Below, piece by piece: positions 11,823-27,719 of a stretch of 64,000 nucleotides of DNA (position 1 is the stretch's first letter; the number at the start of each line of letters is the position of its first letter). The stretch lies in NCBI RefSeq assembly GCF_009914755.1, contig NC_060925.1; one strand, given 5' to 3'. The DNA comes from the human T2T-CHM13v2.0 reference genome, Homo sapiens. The notes below the pieces were generated by a model. That model worked only from the letters and a program-made list of their open reading frames with translations, did not search any database and was not told the DNA's origin. Position numbers and translations under genes: made by a program.

Positions 11823-14800
11823 TGAGGAGGAACAAGCATTGGGCTGGCCAGGGAGGAACATTACATGGTAACCTTGGGGTGGAGGCAGGATAGGCTGGGC
11901 TAGCTAATTGGGTTCACTGCCAAAGGGAGCACCTCCAGACTGGACAGAGGAAAAAAATAGGGATGGAAGGAGGCAGGCATGGAGGGAGGAAATGAAGCCC
12001 CACCAGAATGGATCAGAGAGTTTTAGTGAGGCAGCACATAGAGCACAGGAAGGGGTTCCTGTGGCCCTGCTACCAGAAGGAGAGGGAAGAAGGATGCTGA
12101 GAGGGCCCAGATGGGACAGGATAGACCTGCAGGGCCAGATACCAGAGCCCTGACCTGCCTAAGCTAATGTTGGTCCCACCCAGCCCAGCCTGGGAGTCCA
12201 GCTAACCACCCGCACCCCTCCCAGGCTTTTTCTCCTCCTGGCACTGGAAAGAACAGGGCTGCCAAGGAAGGGCTGTGAGTGAGCTTGGGTAGGGGATCTC
12301 CAGCACAACATATCCTCTGCTTCAAACGCTGGTGTCTGTGAAGGTCACAGGGATCCCAAGACCTGCCCCATTAGGACACTCAAACCTTTCTAAAGACTAT
12401 TTCTGAGACAATATCAGATGGCATATTTTCCATCCCTATTCCTATACTAGCCAACCACCTGCTGCCTCCCCACCACTAATCACCTATATTTCCCTTGGAA
12501 AATACCTTCTTAGGGTACAGCAGGCATTAGATACCCAGCGCATGCCTGAATGTCAATCCTCCATGTTCTCACCTGTGAGTCCACGATCCCCACCCCTAGG
12601 GGACACACTGAAGCTTCACAGACCGAGGAACCCAGTAAAACAGGAAATTCCCTTCTGGATATCTCCCACAGATCCTCATTGTTCTAAATCCACTACTTAG
12701 TAGGAACATCTCAGCCTGAGGCAACACCCTCCTCCAGCTGCATACCCCCCTACCACCCTAGGGTACAAGAGAAGAGAAAATAGAATTTGGGCCCTAGAAT
12801 CCCTGTCCTTGTCTAAACAGACCCAGAAGTCCAGGTTTCCAGGCCAGGGCAGGCCAGGACTGCCTCCTCCTTCTCTCCTCCACCCAGTGTCAGCCTGGCG
12901 TCAGCATGATGATGTCATCAGACCAAAGGAGACACATTGCCTGCCTGGTGAGGTCACCTTGAGGGCATGTGGTGGCCAGGCCAGGCCAAGCCCAGGGACC
13001 CTTCTGTTGCAAATTGTTTACTGAGGCTGGTGGACTCCGGCTGGTTAGACACTCCTCCCTCTGACCCTCCCACCCCTCCTCCCTGGAGTACCAGGACGCT
13101 GGTCAGGAGCCTTGGTGACTCAGAAGCTGCCTCACAGCAGCAAGCCTAGCCACAGCCACCACCACCTTGCGCAAGGGAGAGAACAGGCCCAACTGGCCAG
13201 ACGGGATCCCTGCCCTTGGCCTCCCCCACCCTGGCCAGGCCCCCACGGGCCTCTTTGGAGCCCAGCCCTTTGTGTACCCCGCCCGCTCCCAGACAGGCCC
13301 TCCATTCCAGGTTTGGGCTGGCTGGCTCTTCTCCACCCTATGCCTGGGTCTCAACTTTCCTTCCTATGTGAGCCTGGCCTCTGATCTCAGGAGGGGAAAC
13401 TGAGGCTGGCACTTGCTGACACCCAGCCATCAAGAGCATCTTTAAGGAAGTATCTTTTCTCTATGAGGGGCCTTTCTCCATCAGTATCCCCTGCTGGGAC
13501 TTACAGATGTGAATGTAGGGGATCGTAGAGGTGGGTCTGTGAGAAGGAGGAAGGGAGTAAGTATGAGTTTTTTGTGTATGGGGAGCTGTGGCTGAGGGCC
13601 TGGCCAATCTTAGTGCTGGTTCAAACGCATGTGAGGCTATCTTCTTGCATAAACTGGTGGGTGTTTGGCACATATATGTGTTCATGTCTTATCTTAGGGG
13701 CATATACGTACTTACTTGTCTGTGTCCAGAGGGAAGAGCTGTGTATCAGTATGTGTGAATGTGTGTGCACACATGATTCCGTGTGCATGTCACACCCTCT
13801 GTATGCATGGAGTGCATTCTTGTCTCGCGGAACTCTGCACACATAGTAAATATTTTGCTGTCGGTTTATCTTGGCTTCCACATGTCTCTCTGTCTCAGCT
13901 GCCCTTGGTCAGTGGTATGTGGCTGTGAGCCTTTGCCTCTGCATCCTGCCTGGAATGTCACCCCCAGCATCCTTCCCCACCTTACCCCAAGACTTGAAGA
14001 CATATTAATCTCAGGCTCAAGGTGGAAGTACCCAGAGATGAGGTCACTGTCCCTCCAGGTGATGGGAACTTGCCATTAAGGACTCCCCAGCAGAACAAAA
14101 CAAATGTTCCCTCTCCCCTTGCTCCTCAGGTTCCTACTAAAAGGACTGCCAACCTTCTCACCACTACCCCCAGCCACTCCCCTGGGCCCCTCAGCAGCTC
14201 TGGCCCCCCAAGGAGGCCTCTCCCTGGGAATCTCTGTCAGGGCTCTGCTGCTGCCACCACCAGAAAAACCAGCTCTGGCTCCAGGCCTGGGTAAGGGTTG
14301 TCTGGTGTGGGTTTGGGGGGGTGAGGGGAATCCTGCCTGGGGCTAGGGGGAGGGGTCCAGGCTGTCTAGGGTCTCATGCTCCTTTGTTAACTCCTGCCTC
14401 CCCTTACCTGACAGCAACAATCTCCACCGAGAGCTGGAGTATGTGGGTGAGTCTGGGGTGAGAAAGGACCTAGGAGGGACGCACCGAAGCTCACCATCCA
14501 GGACAGGTGACACAAACAACCCAGCAAACCCCTTTCCATCCACTCTTTGCCCCATAACCTTGGCCTTGGAGTGCTAAGGAACTTTAAAAACCAGAAGATT
14601 CCCTCTCCGCCTTCATCCACCTCCCTCACTTACCCCCCATTGTACTAAGCCCCCCAGCTTAGTGAGAGCTTCCCAGCCTGGGCAAAACGCCCACCCACAG
14701 ATTAGTGTCTGGGGAGGGGGGCCACACAATCACAAAGGGAGATGAGAACAATGGGGAGGACAGGCCTTGAGGCAGCCCCACTCTGGCCCAGACACAGCTC

Positions 14801-15175
14801 CCAGCACAGATAAGTCCCCTAAACCCCCCGGAGCCAGAGTCTGAGCCTGGCTGAGTCACCACAACAGCCACACTGTGGGTGGGAGAACCAGGATTCAGCT
14901 TCTCCCAAACTCCTGAGATCCTAACCCCTGCTCCACACTGCCCCTCCACCCACCATGGCCAGCTCTGCCCCATCCCAAATCACAGCCTCAACTCCAGCTC
15001 TCAGGACACACCAGATTTAGAGGGAAGGGGGTGGGGGTGGCCAGAAAACTATGAGAAAATCTCCTGAGGCCAGAGGCTGCCTGTTCCAGTGAAAGAGTGA
15101 CCTCAGCCGCCTTCTCCACGGCCTTCCTTTAGGAGGCATGGCAGATGTCTCCCCAGTTCTGAACTTCGCCTCCTC

Positions 15176-15500
<325 letters not shown>

Positions 15501-17082
15501 TAGGCTTCTCTACTCCCTTCCCTTCTGACTTCGTTCCCCACATCACCTCCATCCCTTCTCTCTGCCTAGACTTCGGTCAGAGCAAGGGCAAGTTTTTGGA
15601 GGCTAGAACATCCAATCATTCTCTCCTCACTGGGCCCCAAAGTAGCTAATCCCCATTCACTTTGCCTAGAGGACCCCCAGATCCTGAGGCTCTGGTCTGG
15701 CTGATGGAATCATGAACTCTAACCTCCTCATCTCTGTAGCTAGGCTCTCCTTGGCCCGGCCTCCTTAAACACTAGGGTGGGAACAAGGTCACTGGGGTCA
15801 CAGGGCTTCCCTGGGATTCTCCCAGTTCTCACCACCTCCCTTGCTGGCTTCCCTGGGTTTGGGTAGGTCCTACAGGAAAGGGCCTGCCCCCCTCTGTAAA
15901 CAGGAGTAGAAAAGTAAGGATGGGCCCCTCCCTTTCAAGGAAATTAACCTCAGACAGAAAGCTGATCCTAACCCCCAGAAGGCAGACCTCAGAATGCAGA
16001 GCACCACTTGCCCTTTGGTCCTGCAGGGCTCCTGAACCCGACAAAGAGCTAGGGACTAGGATCCTAATGGGGGGAGGGGTGTCTCGTGGATTTGGGTCCC
16101 TCAGCCCCAGGGCAAGAGATGGGGGAGGGAGAAGGGAGGAGACCTCACCCGGAAACTCAACCCATTAAGGAGAGACAAAGAGCTGTGGTGCTGAGGCGCC
16201 TCCCAAGCCTGGGCTCCTTTCCCTGTCAGGGGTGGGGCAGGGCCCTGGGGCTCAGAGCTCTAATGGCCCAGGATTTGGGTGGGGGGTGAATTTGCAGTAG
16301 GGCCAGGAAGGCCTGGGGAAAGGTACTCTGGTACCCTCTGAGAGATGCGACCAGAACGCTTTCCTCCTCCTATCTCCACAGCCAGACCCAGTGACCCTTC
16401 CAACACCCCAGCACCCCACTTCAGCCAGGCCTGGACCATCACAGAGTCATCGTATTTCAGAGCTGGAAGGTCAATAGAGATCATCTGGTCCTAGCTCTCG
16501 GTCTACTGAAGTCTGGTTTCATCGCTGCCCAAGGTTACCAAATAGATTAATAGCAGAAACGGGATCTGGACCAAGACTCCTGACTTCCCAGTCCAAGGAT
16601 TTTTTCAGAGACATGAAACATTCCAGGTTCCTGGGAGCCATTAAGGAGAGTCTACACACAGAAGAGCCAGAATGGGGATGGTAGTGGAGGTAGGACCATC
16701 TGATCCTCAGGCTAGGAGCCTCCAGCCCCCAGAGCAACCTCAGCTCTGTGCAGGTTGTAGCTGCTGCAGCAGCAGCAGAGTGGCCTCCTACCAGGTGCCA
16801 GCTTCCTGGGGCAATCTGGAGCCAGGCTTCCTCCCTTACTGCCAGGCATTGCATGAGGTCTAACTAGAAGGGGGTCTCCTGTCCCCTTCCCTGGGCTTCT
16901 CTTAGTAAGAACAGTTTTGCCATCATGGAAAAGAAAGGCAAGAACCATGTGATGCAGTCACCATTGCATCTCCAGCATCTAGTATCCAGGTTGTACCCAG
17001 TGTGCACTCAAATGTACTATTCTTCAATGAACTTAGAGTGAGAACACCAAGACACTAACCCTGGTTATGCTTCTAACACTGA

Positions 17083-17265
17083 GCAGAGGTAATCAGGGAT
17101 TCCAGCCATAGTGACCGGGCCTGGGGGCTGGGAGGGAACATGAAAGGGAAGGGCTACACTGGCTCTTCTGGGGGTACTGCTGGAAGCTGGGGGTGGGAGA
17201 GAGAGATTGGCTCCTCAGTTCAGAGTCATAGGAAAGAGATGTTTGTGTGTGTGCGTGTGTGTCTA
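17083..17265 (+). repeat. Local duplication, copy A (partner 18445-18623)
   Basis: colinear similarity visible by eye, e.g. ctgctggaagctggggg and tcctcagttcagagtca in both copies. Confidence 0.85.
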
Positions 17266-18444
17266 CTCCTAACGTTGAGTAATCTTGCAGATCTCACTTG
17301 CCTATCTCTCTCAGTTTTTTCATCTGTAAAATGAGAGAGTTGGAGTGGTGATCTCTTTGATCTCTTCCAAGTCCTGAGATGGCATGACTCCACTCTTTAA
17401 GTGTGGGTAGATCCCACAGGAAAGTGACTGCTGGTTCCCCAACTCCAGCAACTAGGCTCCACCTTTTTGGCCTAAACAAGTGAGAAGGATTATCTGGAAG
17501 ATGGGAATTAAAACACAGGTGGTAGGGGACTGTGAGGGGATGGCAGGGGTAGGAGCTCAGTATCCTACGACTGGAGGCTGGGCCCATGACCTATAATAAA
17601 ATCAGAGTTGGAGCAGCCCATACCTCCACCAATCCACACATCTAGGCCTTATTTCCCTCCTCAAAGCTTTGGCTGGAGATGGAGGTAGGGGAATCACTGC
17701 CAGATCTTGCTGGGCAACAGAGGCTCCCTTGCTACTGCTCCTGGGCCTGAGAATCAAACTGTCCTGTCCAGATCAGGCCCTATCTTTTGAAGGAGAAATA
17801 TTTCTGTTACTCATTACCCTAGGAACACCCTATGGAATCCCACTGAGGTCTCACTGTGCACACACACGCACACACACTCTCCTCTACTCTGAAGATTATA
17901 CATTCCTATAATTCATATTTGCTCTATATGCATTAGACAGACAGGAGGTGAGAAGTAATACAAGGCATCTAGTTAAGAAAATGGGGGAACAGGAGATGAA
18001 CAAATGGGGACCACACCCTATCTAGAAGGTTCCCTTCCTTAGACCCCCATCCATCTAAACCCCCTTATTACCACCCTGGCACCTAATATTGTGCCCAGGG
18101 AAAGGAAGGGGTCAGAGTGACGGGCATTCTCAGCTCTCCTATAGTCCCCAACAGGTGCCCCAGTCCTGGTGCTCTAGAACATCATGGAGAGAAAAGAAGG
18201 AAATAGAAATCCCCCATCCACTCTCTGGGCATCAGGCTTCCTGCACCCTGATGACTGCAGAAACCAGCTGAGCTCTGAGTCAGCCCCAGTTCCAGGCAGC
18301 CGTTCCAGAGCCCAGGGGGTAGGCCAAGGCACCTCTAGGAAACCCTGGGGTGAACAGGATCCTCACAAGTCCCACCTGCCTGCCCATCTACACTGGGTCA
18401 CCACGTCTATTCCCCAAGACAGCTCAGGCCTAGGCAAGGCTTTG

Positions 18445-18623
18445 GCAGAGGTGTCAGGGATCCCAGACATAGTGACCTGGCCTGGGGGCTGGGAGGAAAC
18501 AAGAAGGGGGAGGGCTATACTGGCTTTTCTGGGGGCACTGCTGGAAGCTGGGGGCAGGAGAGACTGGATCCTCAGTTCAGAGTCAAAGAAAGGAGGATAT
18601 GTGTGTGCGTGCGTGCGTGTCTA
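18445..18623 (+). repeat. Local duplication, copy B
   Basis: colinear with 17083-17265. Confidence 0.85.
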
Positions 18624-18696
18624 TGTGTTTGTGCATGTGTGTCAGTGCCAGGTTGGGCTCAGAAGCAAGTGTCCTGATGGTTCAGGCAAGTCCTAC

Positions 18697-18775
18697 CTGT
18701 AAATGATGCCAGCAGTAGCAGCAGCAGCAGCCAGGCCTCAGGCCCCCACATCTCGGCTCCCAGGGACAGGGGCAT
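18697..18775 (-). CDS. NECTIN4: Nectin-4 exon 1 coding part (signal peptide)
   Basis: accATG; [26 protein letters not shown](G); donor gtagga. Confidence 0.97.
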
Positions 18776-19049
18776 GGTTGAAAGGCAGACTGCCCAGCGT
18801 TTCTGAAGTTCCACCGAGATCTCCCTGGGAGCCGGCTGCAGACTTGAATAAGGAACTGACCCAGAAGGCAGGAAGCTGCAGAGTTCTTGCCTCTCGCACT
18901 TGGGTCTCCACTAGGGGACCCAGCCCCAGCCCCGGCCCCGTTCTACACACCCAGCCGTAGCTACCCCCAAGAAGCCGTGATCGGGAGCTCCGAGCTCCCC
19001 CAGAGCTGCTTCCCACGCTGTGGCCAACAACGACGGCAGAAACCTGGGA

Positions 19050-19300
19050 ACCTGCTCAGCAGGTCAGAACAGGTGCGTCTCTGGGGGCTGGGCCTGGCAC
19101 GGAGACTCAGCAGCCACCGCCCCCATGGCCTGGGCTAGCTAATAGGCGCCAGGGAGGGAGGGAAGGAGGGAAGGACCTGGGTGGGGGCGGTGGGGTCCCA
19201 TCCTCAGCTCCAGGCTTTACCTGCGAGTATGTGGAAGGGGCTATGAAGGGAGAGGCAAGGGTGGGGACTAAGGGAGGCCCAGGGCACCAGGCCAGGCCAG
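19050..19300 (-). promoter_or_regulatory. NECTIN4: NECTIN4 proximal promoter (approximate)
   Basis: GC boxes (ccgcccc, gggggcgg) just upstream of an ATG-free 5' leader. Confidence 0.55.
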
Positions 19301-22300
19301 GATGAAAGGGGCAAGGCCCTTGTGGGTAGAAAGGAACCCAAGCGTCCCACACCCCAGCTAGCCTTGGTACCTCCTGGGGGCCTTGACAAGTTCCCGGATC
19401 TCCTGGAGGGTCTCAGCTTTGGAGCCACAGAATCGGAGAAGGCCAGAACTGAGGAGGAAGGAGTCTGTCAGTGCTGCGCTGTATACTTCATTCTTCAGAA
19501 GAGAAAACCAAGGCCCAGAGAAGGGGAGGGACTTGCCAGAGGACACACAACTTAGTCTCATGGTTTGCTCAGACACCTCTATCCCTGAAGTAGGGAAGTA
19601 GTTCAAAGACCCCTGAGAAAGAACTTACGTAACTCCTCTAACTCCACCTCCATATATAAGAGGCCAAGGAAGTGGCCAAGGAATTAGCCGTAGGGGTTCC
19701 TGGTTTCCCTATCAGGGCCCTCTCTCAGCTTCAACACCTTGTTACCTGGCCAGGAGTCCCAAAAGCGCAGCAGCACAACTTGAATGGAGAGAGGTTCCTC
19801 TCTACCCTCTCCATGGCCATTTTACCCAGTTTACTCCAAGGTCATTGGACAAGACCACATGTCTGGACTTTGCAAGGAGAATCTTAATTTCAAGTACTCT
19901 AGCCCTGTATTCCTATAAGTACATCCTTGTCAGACCATGTGTTTCCATTCTGAATGCATAAAAAGTGACCGCCAAATTACACAAAACCTTCCTGGCCTCC
20001 CTGGGATAGCCAGAGGAAGAGGGCATATTCTGAGCCCACTGAAAATTTAGTGAACGGGAGGGACAACATCACTTGCAGACTAGGGCTAATACAAAAACCA
20101 GGTAAATACAGAGATAGACGTGGGAGAAGAAAAAAATATAGGTTAAAGTTTTGCCATAGGACCCTTCCATCTGGAGAAGGCAGAAAGGAGGAATAAAGAA
20201 GCCATAAGGAAGAGTTGTTCTGTGTAGATTTTCTACCACCACCATCCCCACCAACTCTACCTGTCAAACTCTTATTCATCTTTCAAAGCTGACCTCAAAT
20301 GCCACATCTTCGTGAAGCCTTCTCTGCTCCTCCCACCCCAAATTAATCTTTCTTCTATTCTTCCTCAGCCTTTGCTAGTCCTTTTATTATAGCTTATGTG
20401 CTCATAATTTGTGCACATCTTATCTCCTTAACTAAATTGTAAGCTTCAAGTCAAAAAAACATCGATTGAGGCCTGCTGTGTGCCAGGAATTCAGTAAATG
20501 TATTAAATTGCGGGACAGGACAAGAGTTGTAGCCTGTGAACTCCTTGAAAGTTGGGCTTGTTTTATAATCTTGTCTCAGTCTTCCATGCTAGGACAGGCC
20601 ACAGCATTTCATGGGAACTGACTACATTTTGGTGAAGCCATGAATTTCTGAATAAATGAGTTGTCCGGATGAAAAGGATGGTGAAGTCGGATCAGTAAAG
20701 CAGAGATCCCGACTGGCTGTGAGTTACTATCCTGAACTAGGGTTGTGACCTGGACTTTACTCCTGTCACTGGACTATGACCCCAACTCTGGCTCTAGATG
20801 CCAAATGACCACGGCAGTGACCTCTTCTTCAGGGGCTATTTCCTGCAGGTCAGAGGCCCTTAAAGGCCAGGCCGGTTGCCAGAATTCCCCAGTTTCTCTC
20901 CACCTCCAACCCCTTCTCTTTTTCAGGTCCCCACCTGTGCCAGGGGAACAGCCCCACCCAGATGCTGCTTTGAGATCCTCTGTGGCAGGGGTGGAGTAGG
21001 GCCAGCGGGAATGGGAGGGGGAGCATCCTGTGTTATAATTATAATTATCACACCTTGGATCCTATCGCATGCTTTCGGAGGAGCTGCTTTCCTTCCCACG
21101 GATTCACCCCTCCAGGTACAGGAAGCCACAGGAGAAACTGAGGCACAGGAGTGGAAAAGCAGTTAGTTCACAAGATGGATATCCAATCTCCTTCAGCCTA
21201 TCCATTCACAGTATACCCCGTGAAAGTGCTACCAGTCAGGATGTCTCTGAACCCCTGGTTGGGCCCCTTAATCACTCACCCTGAACTCTAGCCATACGGA
21301 GCATGGAAAGGAGGCAGAACTGTCCAGAGGTGGAGTTAGGGTATGGCTATACTCATTTTTTCATGGGTATGATGCAGCCTTGAAGTAGGCTAAGGGCACC
21401 ACAGGGCCTGAGAGGGAGCACTAGAGTCCAGCAGCCCACTCCAGGCCTTTGACAGAGTTAGGGATCTCTCTCCTCATTTCACAAATACCTATCTCAAGTC
21501 CCTCTGTCCCCTCCTTCCCCTCAGCCCTGTATGTCTCACAAGAGCCATGCTTTTGGAGAATATGCCCTCAAACTTAGGCCTTTCCTACCCTCTCCTAGGA
21601 TGAAGGCTGGGGAAGGCATATTCTAGGATTGAGACTGGAAGGAAATATTGGATGAGGAAGATTTTCAAGACCAATGCCTGGTATCCTGGTTCGGTTCTCC
21701 CTTCCATATTGAATTCCCATTCCCCACATGCCTCACTCCTACCCTCCTCCTACCCACATTGTGGTCGCTAAGAATGAGAACAATTCAAGCCATGATAGTG
21801 TCTTTATCATGTGTGTTTGTCTGAGTGACATTGCTGCGTGCGCGCCTGCACCCATGCATTCCTTCAACAGACATTAAATGAGTGCCACTATGTGTCAGGC
21901 TCAAGGGAGGAGACCGAGACACATAACACATAGTCCCTGCCCTCAAGGAGCCCTCAATCAGGAGAGGCAGACACAGAAACAACTGTAACATGCTATATCC
22001 CACCATCATGTGTTCCCTACGTATCTCTGTACACATACATGCTATGCACATATGTGGGACTGTCTCTGTATGCACAGCAGCGGATGTTCTTCATGATCTG
22101 CATGCATCCAAGCATCCGCTTATACCTGTCTCTGTCCCCATGACAGGCTGCACGCCTCAGCCAAACCGGTTGGAGTGGGTTGTGCTGAAATTTTTGTTTG
22201 TGTCAATGGGACTTGAGGTGAGTCAGAGAGGGACAAGGATGGGTGGGGTGGTGTGGGGGAGAAGAAGAGTGAGAGTGAGGGTCAGATTGAGTGGGGGAGG

Positions 22301-23574
22301 GAAGGAGTGGGCCCAGGTTGGAAGGGGTGGGAGTGAGAGTGGGGTGCAGGAGGATGAGTTGGGGGTAGGAGTAGATGAGAGAGCTCCTTGGTGAGTAATA
22401 TCCTGTCTGCCTGCAGTGAAGTCCCAGGTCAGAGAAGAGTCAGAGGCTGGGGGAGAGTCCCTTGTGCTTAGGGAGAGAGGAGGGTGAAAAATAAATCAGA
22501 GTGGAACTAGTTGGAAGCATGAGAGTGGATAAAATATTTGTGATCCATTTCTGTACAGCTTTGTCTCTGTGATAAGCTATTCCTGATCTGCTCATTGCAA
22601 ACTTTCCGCAGTTTGTACAGAAAGGTGTTGGGGAGCTGATGACGTGGTGAAAGATTACCAATATGGGCCTTGATCTCACCCCCCAGGACCAAGGCTTCAA
22701 AGTCACTCCTCCTGCTCCTCCCTAGGATCACCCCTGCTCCATCCCGGGAGGTATGGGCATACCCCCATACAGAACACAGGGGCTCCAGCAGCTTTTCTTC
22801 CCCTAGAAAACACCTTTACTCCCCTCCTGATGGAACTTCACTATGCTCAATATTAGGATGGTGGCCTCCTGTTTTCTAGAAAATTACATCAAAACATTGC
22901 CATGTGCTATGTTGTTCTTTGCCTATCCTGCAGGCCCACCGATTCCCCAATACCCAGCCCCCAGCCCCATCCTTTAATGATAACCACATTTCTTGGTTGC
23001 CTAACAACCCTTGGAGATCAGGGGGCTGAATTTGCTTGTTCCTCGAGGGCCCTAAAGCTGGAGTGTGCCATCCAGGGGAGGAGGCAGCTAAATGCAAGAC
23101 ATGTTCAGGTCCCGTTTCTCGGTAGGTCCAGTTGTGTGCAGAGCCCCATCCTCCTTGCTCTCAACCCATGAACTTCGCAAGTTTCCATGAACACACTACC
23201 ATGAAATCCAGGACCACAGTATGGGTTAAGGGACAAATATCTTTATTTTGACACTAAGACCCCACTGTGGGGAAATTCTACTCCCTGAAAAGGCCCTATG
23301 TATTGAAGCTCACTCAGGTCTTCATCAAAAATTGAGACCTTATGACTGTGCCCGGGGACCCCAAACTGGTGCTATAGTTCTAGAAAGCAGCCAAAGGGAA
23401 GAAGTCTGGCCACTTCTGGAAAGTTCTAAAGCTCCTTGCAGGAAAGTCAGATGGCTGGCTCTGGTCAGCAGGAAAAAAAGGGCAGTAACCCAGAGAGAAA
23501 AACACAAAAGTCGAAACAGTGAGAGACAGATCTCAAGGCACAGTGAGAAAAATGGAAACTTAAAGACAGAAAAA

Positions 23575-24168
<594 letters not shown>

Positions 24169-24714
24169 TTATTGAAGGGGGAGAATTCAAAGAGACAAAG
24201 TGGCTGAAGTGGCCAAGACAAAATCTGAAACAGAGACAGAAGGACCCGAAGAGAAATTTCTGGATGCCATGATTACTCAAAGTCCTTCTGTCTTCTGCCC
24301 TCAATTCCCACCGCTCAGCAATGACCCAATGATACTTTCCTACTCAACATTGCCTACTCCCTCAACAACATAAGCTTCTCCCCATCCTTATTCCACCTCT
24401 CCATCATTCTCTACCTTGGCTGATTACCACTCCCCTGCACCCTAAAGCCTGCTTACAATTTCACCTTTCTCTCAATCTCCTTCTAGCTCACATTCAGTCA
24501 AAGGAGCTCTCAAGATCTGACCTCATGCAGTCTCTTTGCCTGGTCATTTCTCTGTCCTTTTGTCCCTGTCTTTATTCTGGCTGAGCTGAGAGCAAAGAGT
24601 CAGAAATGGGGCCAGGATGGCATAGGGCCAGGAAGTCAAGCAGCTAGAATGAGCTGTGTGAGAAATAGAGAAGGGTCAGGGTACAGCAGAAGAAGAGTCA
24701 AAGAAAGGGCCTGA

Positions 24715-25330
<616 letters not shown>

Positions 25331-27152
25331 TAATGCTAAGAACCAGAGATGGTTCCAGGGTCAGAAAATGGGGTTAAGGAAGGGAGAAGATAGAGTAAGA
25401 GCTTTGTGAAAGTTTGAGGCAAGGGGGCGTAGATTTGGGGCTAGGATAGACATCTAAGGCTAGGTAGGAAGCTGGGTGCTTGCTTGCTAGAGATCATATA
25501 GACTCTTGGCCAACTGAGACAAAGCCAACATCAGGGGATCACATCAGGATTACGAGACTTTCAGGATATCCAGTCCCTGCTCTCATTTCTGGACAGAGGT
25601 TGTCCCTGGATATTATTAGCAGGTGAAAGCAGGTTCACAGCCCTGGCTGCCCTTTTCCCTGTCTCTCACAATTTTCTCTCAGTTCCCCCTTTCACTTATC
25701 TTAATGCCCTTTCAGTTTGTGTATCATTGACAAGGTCATTATAGACCACTGCAGATGCTGTCCTGCGGTGTGAAGCATGTGTCATACAAGTCCAGGTTGG
25801 CTGGTTTGCTTTCTTCCTCTCTCTGTTTCTCTCTTTCTGGCTTCTTTTCTCCCTCCTCCAAAATATGGATTTGGTTCAAACTAACCTAAGAAGGTAGGAG
25901 TCCTAGGCAGTTCCTCTCCCAGGGTCTTGGGATGGCAAAGCAATGGACAGATGCTTCCAGCTATTAGGAGGAACTGGAAGCATCTAGGTACAGAACTGGA
26001 GAGGGTACAGCCAAGGAGTATGTGAGGTTCAAGCTCTATGTCTAACTAAGATGCCTACTGCTAAGGACTCAGAGTCAGAGAGGAAGCTGGGAGAGAGGAG
26101 CTGGAAAGGCCCGTGGGGTGGGGAGTTCCCATTTCTATCCAGGAAAGGCAGAAAGTAAGTCTAACAGAACAGCCAAGACTTAGGCAAAAGCAAGAGCCTA
26201 AAATGGACATATAGGCCAATAAGGTTTAAGCAAAATTGCCCCACCCCTGAGGCAAGCCCTTGCCTAATCCTAGGAGTATGACAGATCTGAATCCAGCTGT
26301 TGGGAGGTTAGCCAGTGAGAAAGAAGCCTGAGGGAAAAGACTGACTTTTAAATTTCAGCCAAGGACAGTAAAAGTTAGTGATTTTTTAGAGATTCTTACC
26401 ATGATTTTGGAAAACTGAGAATACTGCCTGTCATACTCAGGGAAAGCTATAGTTGGGAGGGCAGAGACTTTCAAAGCTATTGTTGAATCTTGGCTTTAAG
26501 GTACAGGTGGGGAACAGGTCCTGGTAATCTTCCAATCTCTGTAACTGTGCCTTTCCTGCCCATGCCATCCCCATGCTGTGTTCTCTGAGGACCAAGAGTT
26601 GGGAAGAGGAGGGGAAAGCCCTGCTGTGCTATCAGACCCTGCATTACATGCCCATCCTCACTGCAGCCCTGGCCACTGTCTCCTTTCTTCCTTTCTTTAT
26701 TTCTTTTCTTTTTTTCTTTCTTTCTTTCGCCAGGGTCTCACTATGTTACCCAGGCTGGTCTTGAACTCCTGAACTCCTGGCCTCAAGTGATTCTCCTGCC
26801 TGGCCACTTTCTATGGTCTCAGTATCTCAGGTATGATGGGGAGCAAGGTGATGTGTAGAAACCAAAGGCCACAAGTAGCAGTCATCATTCCCACTTACAG
26901 CCCAGTCCCAGAGGACACAGATCCTGTTTTTGCCCCACACCAGCTGTGTTGGGAGGAAAATTCTGTCTGTATTTCCTCCTTCAGCTGAAAGCAGAAAGCT
27001 TGCATCTGGGCCTCTTCAGTTATCACTTGGTCCTGGGGGACAGAGTTAATATCTGGAAACTGGCTTAAATAAAAGATATCAGGGAAGGGTAGGAGTCTGT
27101 TTTTCTCATTTTCTCACTCTTCCCCCACTTCACCCTTCTAAGGCTGCGTGGG

Positions 27153-27259
<107 letters not shown>

Positions 27260-27277
27260 ACCTGAGAGACTGGGTTC

Positions 27278-27296
27278 TGCTACCCTCTAGTGGCCA
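27278..27296 (-). promoter_or_regulatory. CTCF motif (reverse)
   Basis: minus strand reads TGGCCACTAGAGGGTAGCA. Confidence 0.55.
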
Positions 27297-27719
27297 GAGC
27301 TGAAAGGACTCTCCCACCCAATCAATCGGGACCTTCAAGCCTTTGGGAATAAACGAACAGCCTATTTGATGAATGACAAAACTGAGAAGGCCTAGAGAGA
27401 AACAATGCCTTTGAGGGTCAGGGGCATAGTTGGGACTAGAACCCAGGTCTCCTGTCTCTCGGGCCAGTGGTCAGTCCACTTTCACTTCCCCACCCTCTGA
27501 CTTTTGCTTCTCCTTCCTTGCTCATCCCTGGGGTGGTTAGCCCGAGTAAGAAACCCTGAAGCCAAATGATCCCTCCCGGCCCTAGTGGAGCAGCACCTGC
27601 ACCTCAAATGTCAAAATCGCAAATCAGTTCACAGCGGAGATCACAGGGGTTTATTCTAAGGACCCGACTGTCCTCCGACTTTCTGAGGTTAACAATCTTG
27701 CAGGATTTTTATTGACCTG

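Noticed and set aside
18983-18999. GGGAGCTC-C-GAGCTCCC inverted repeat in the NECTIN4 5'UTR
   Set aside because: Short stem expected by chance in a GC-rich leader
25745-25800. Possible small + strand exon (cag...gttggc) between NECTIN4 and KLHDC9
   Set aside because: Weak splice signals and no partner exons identifiable
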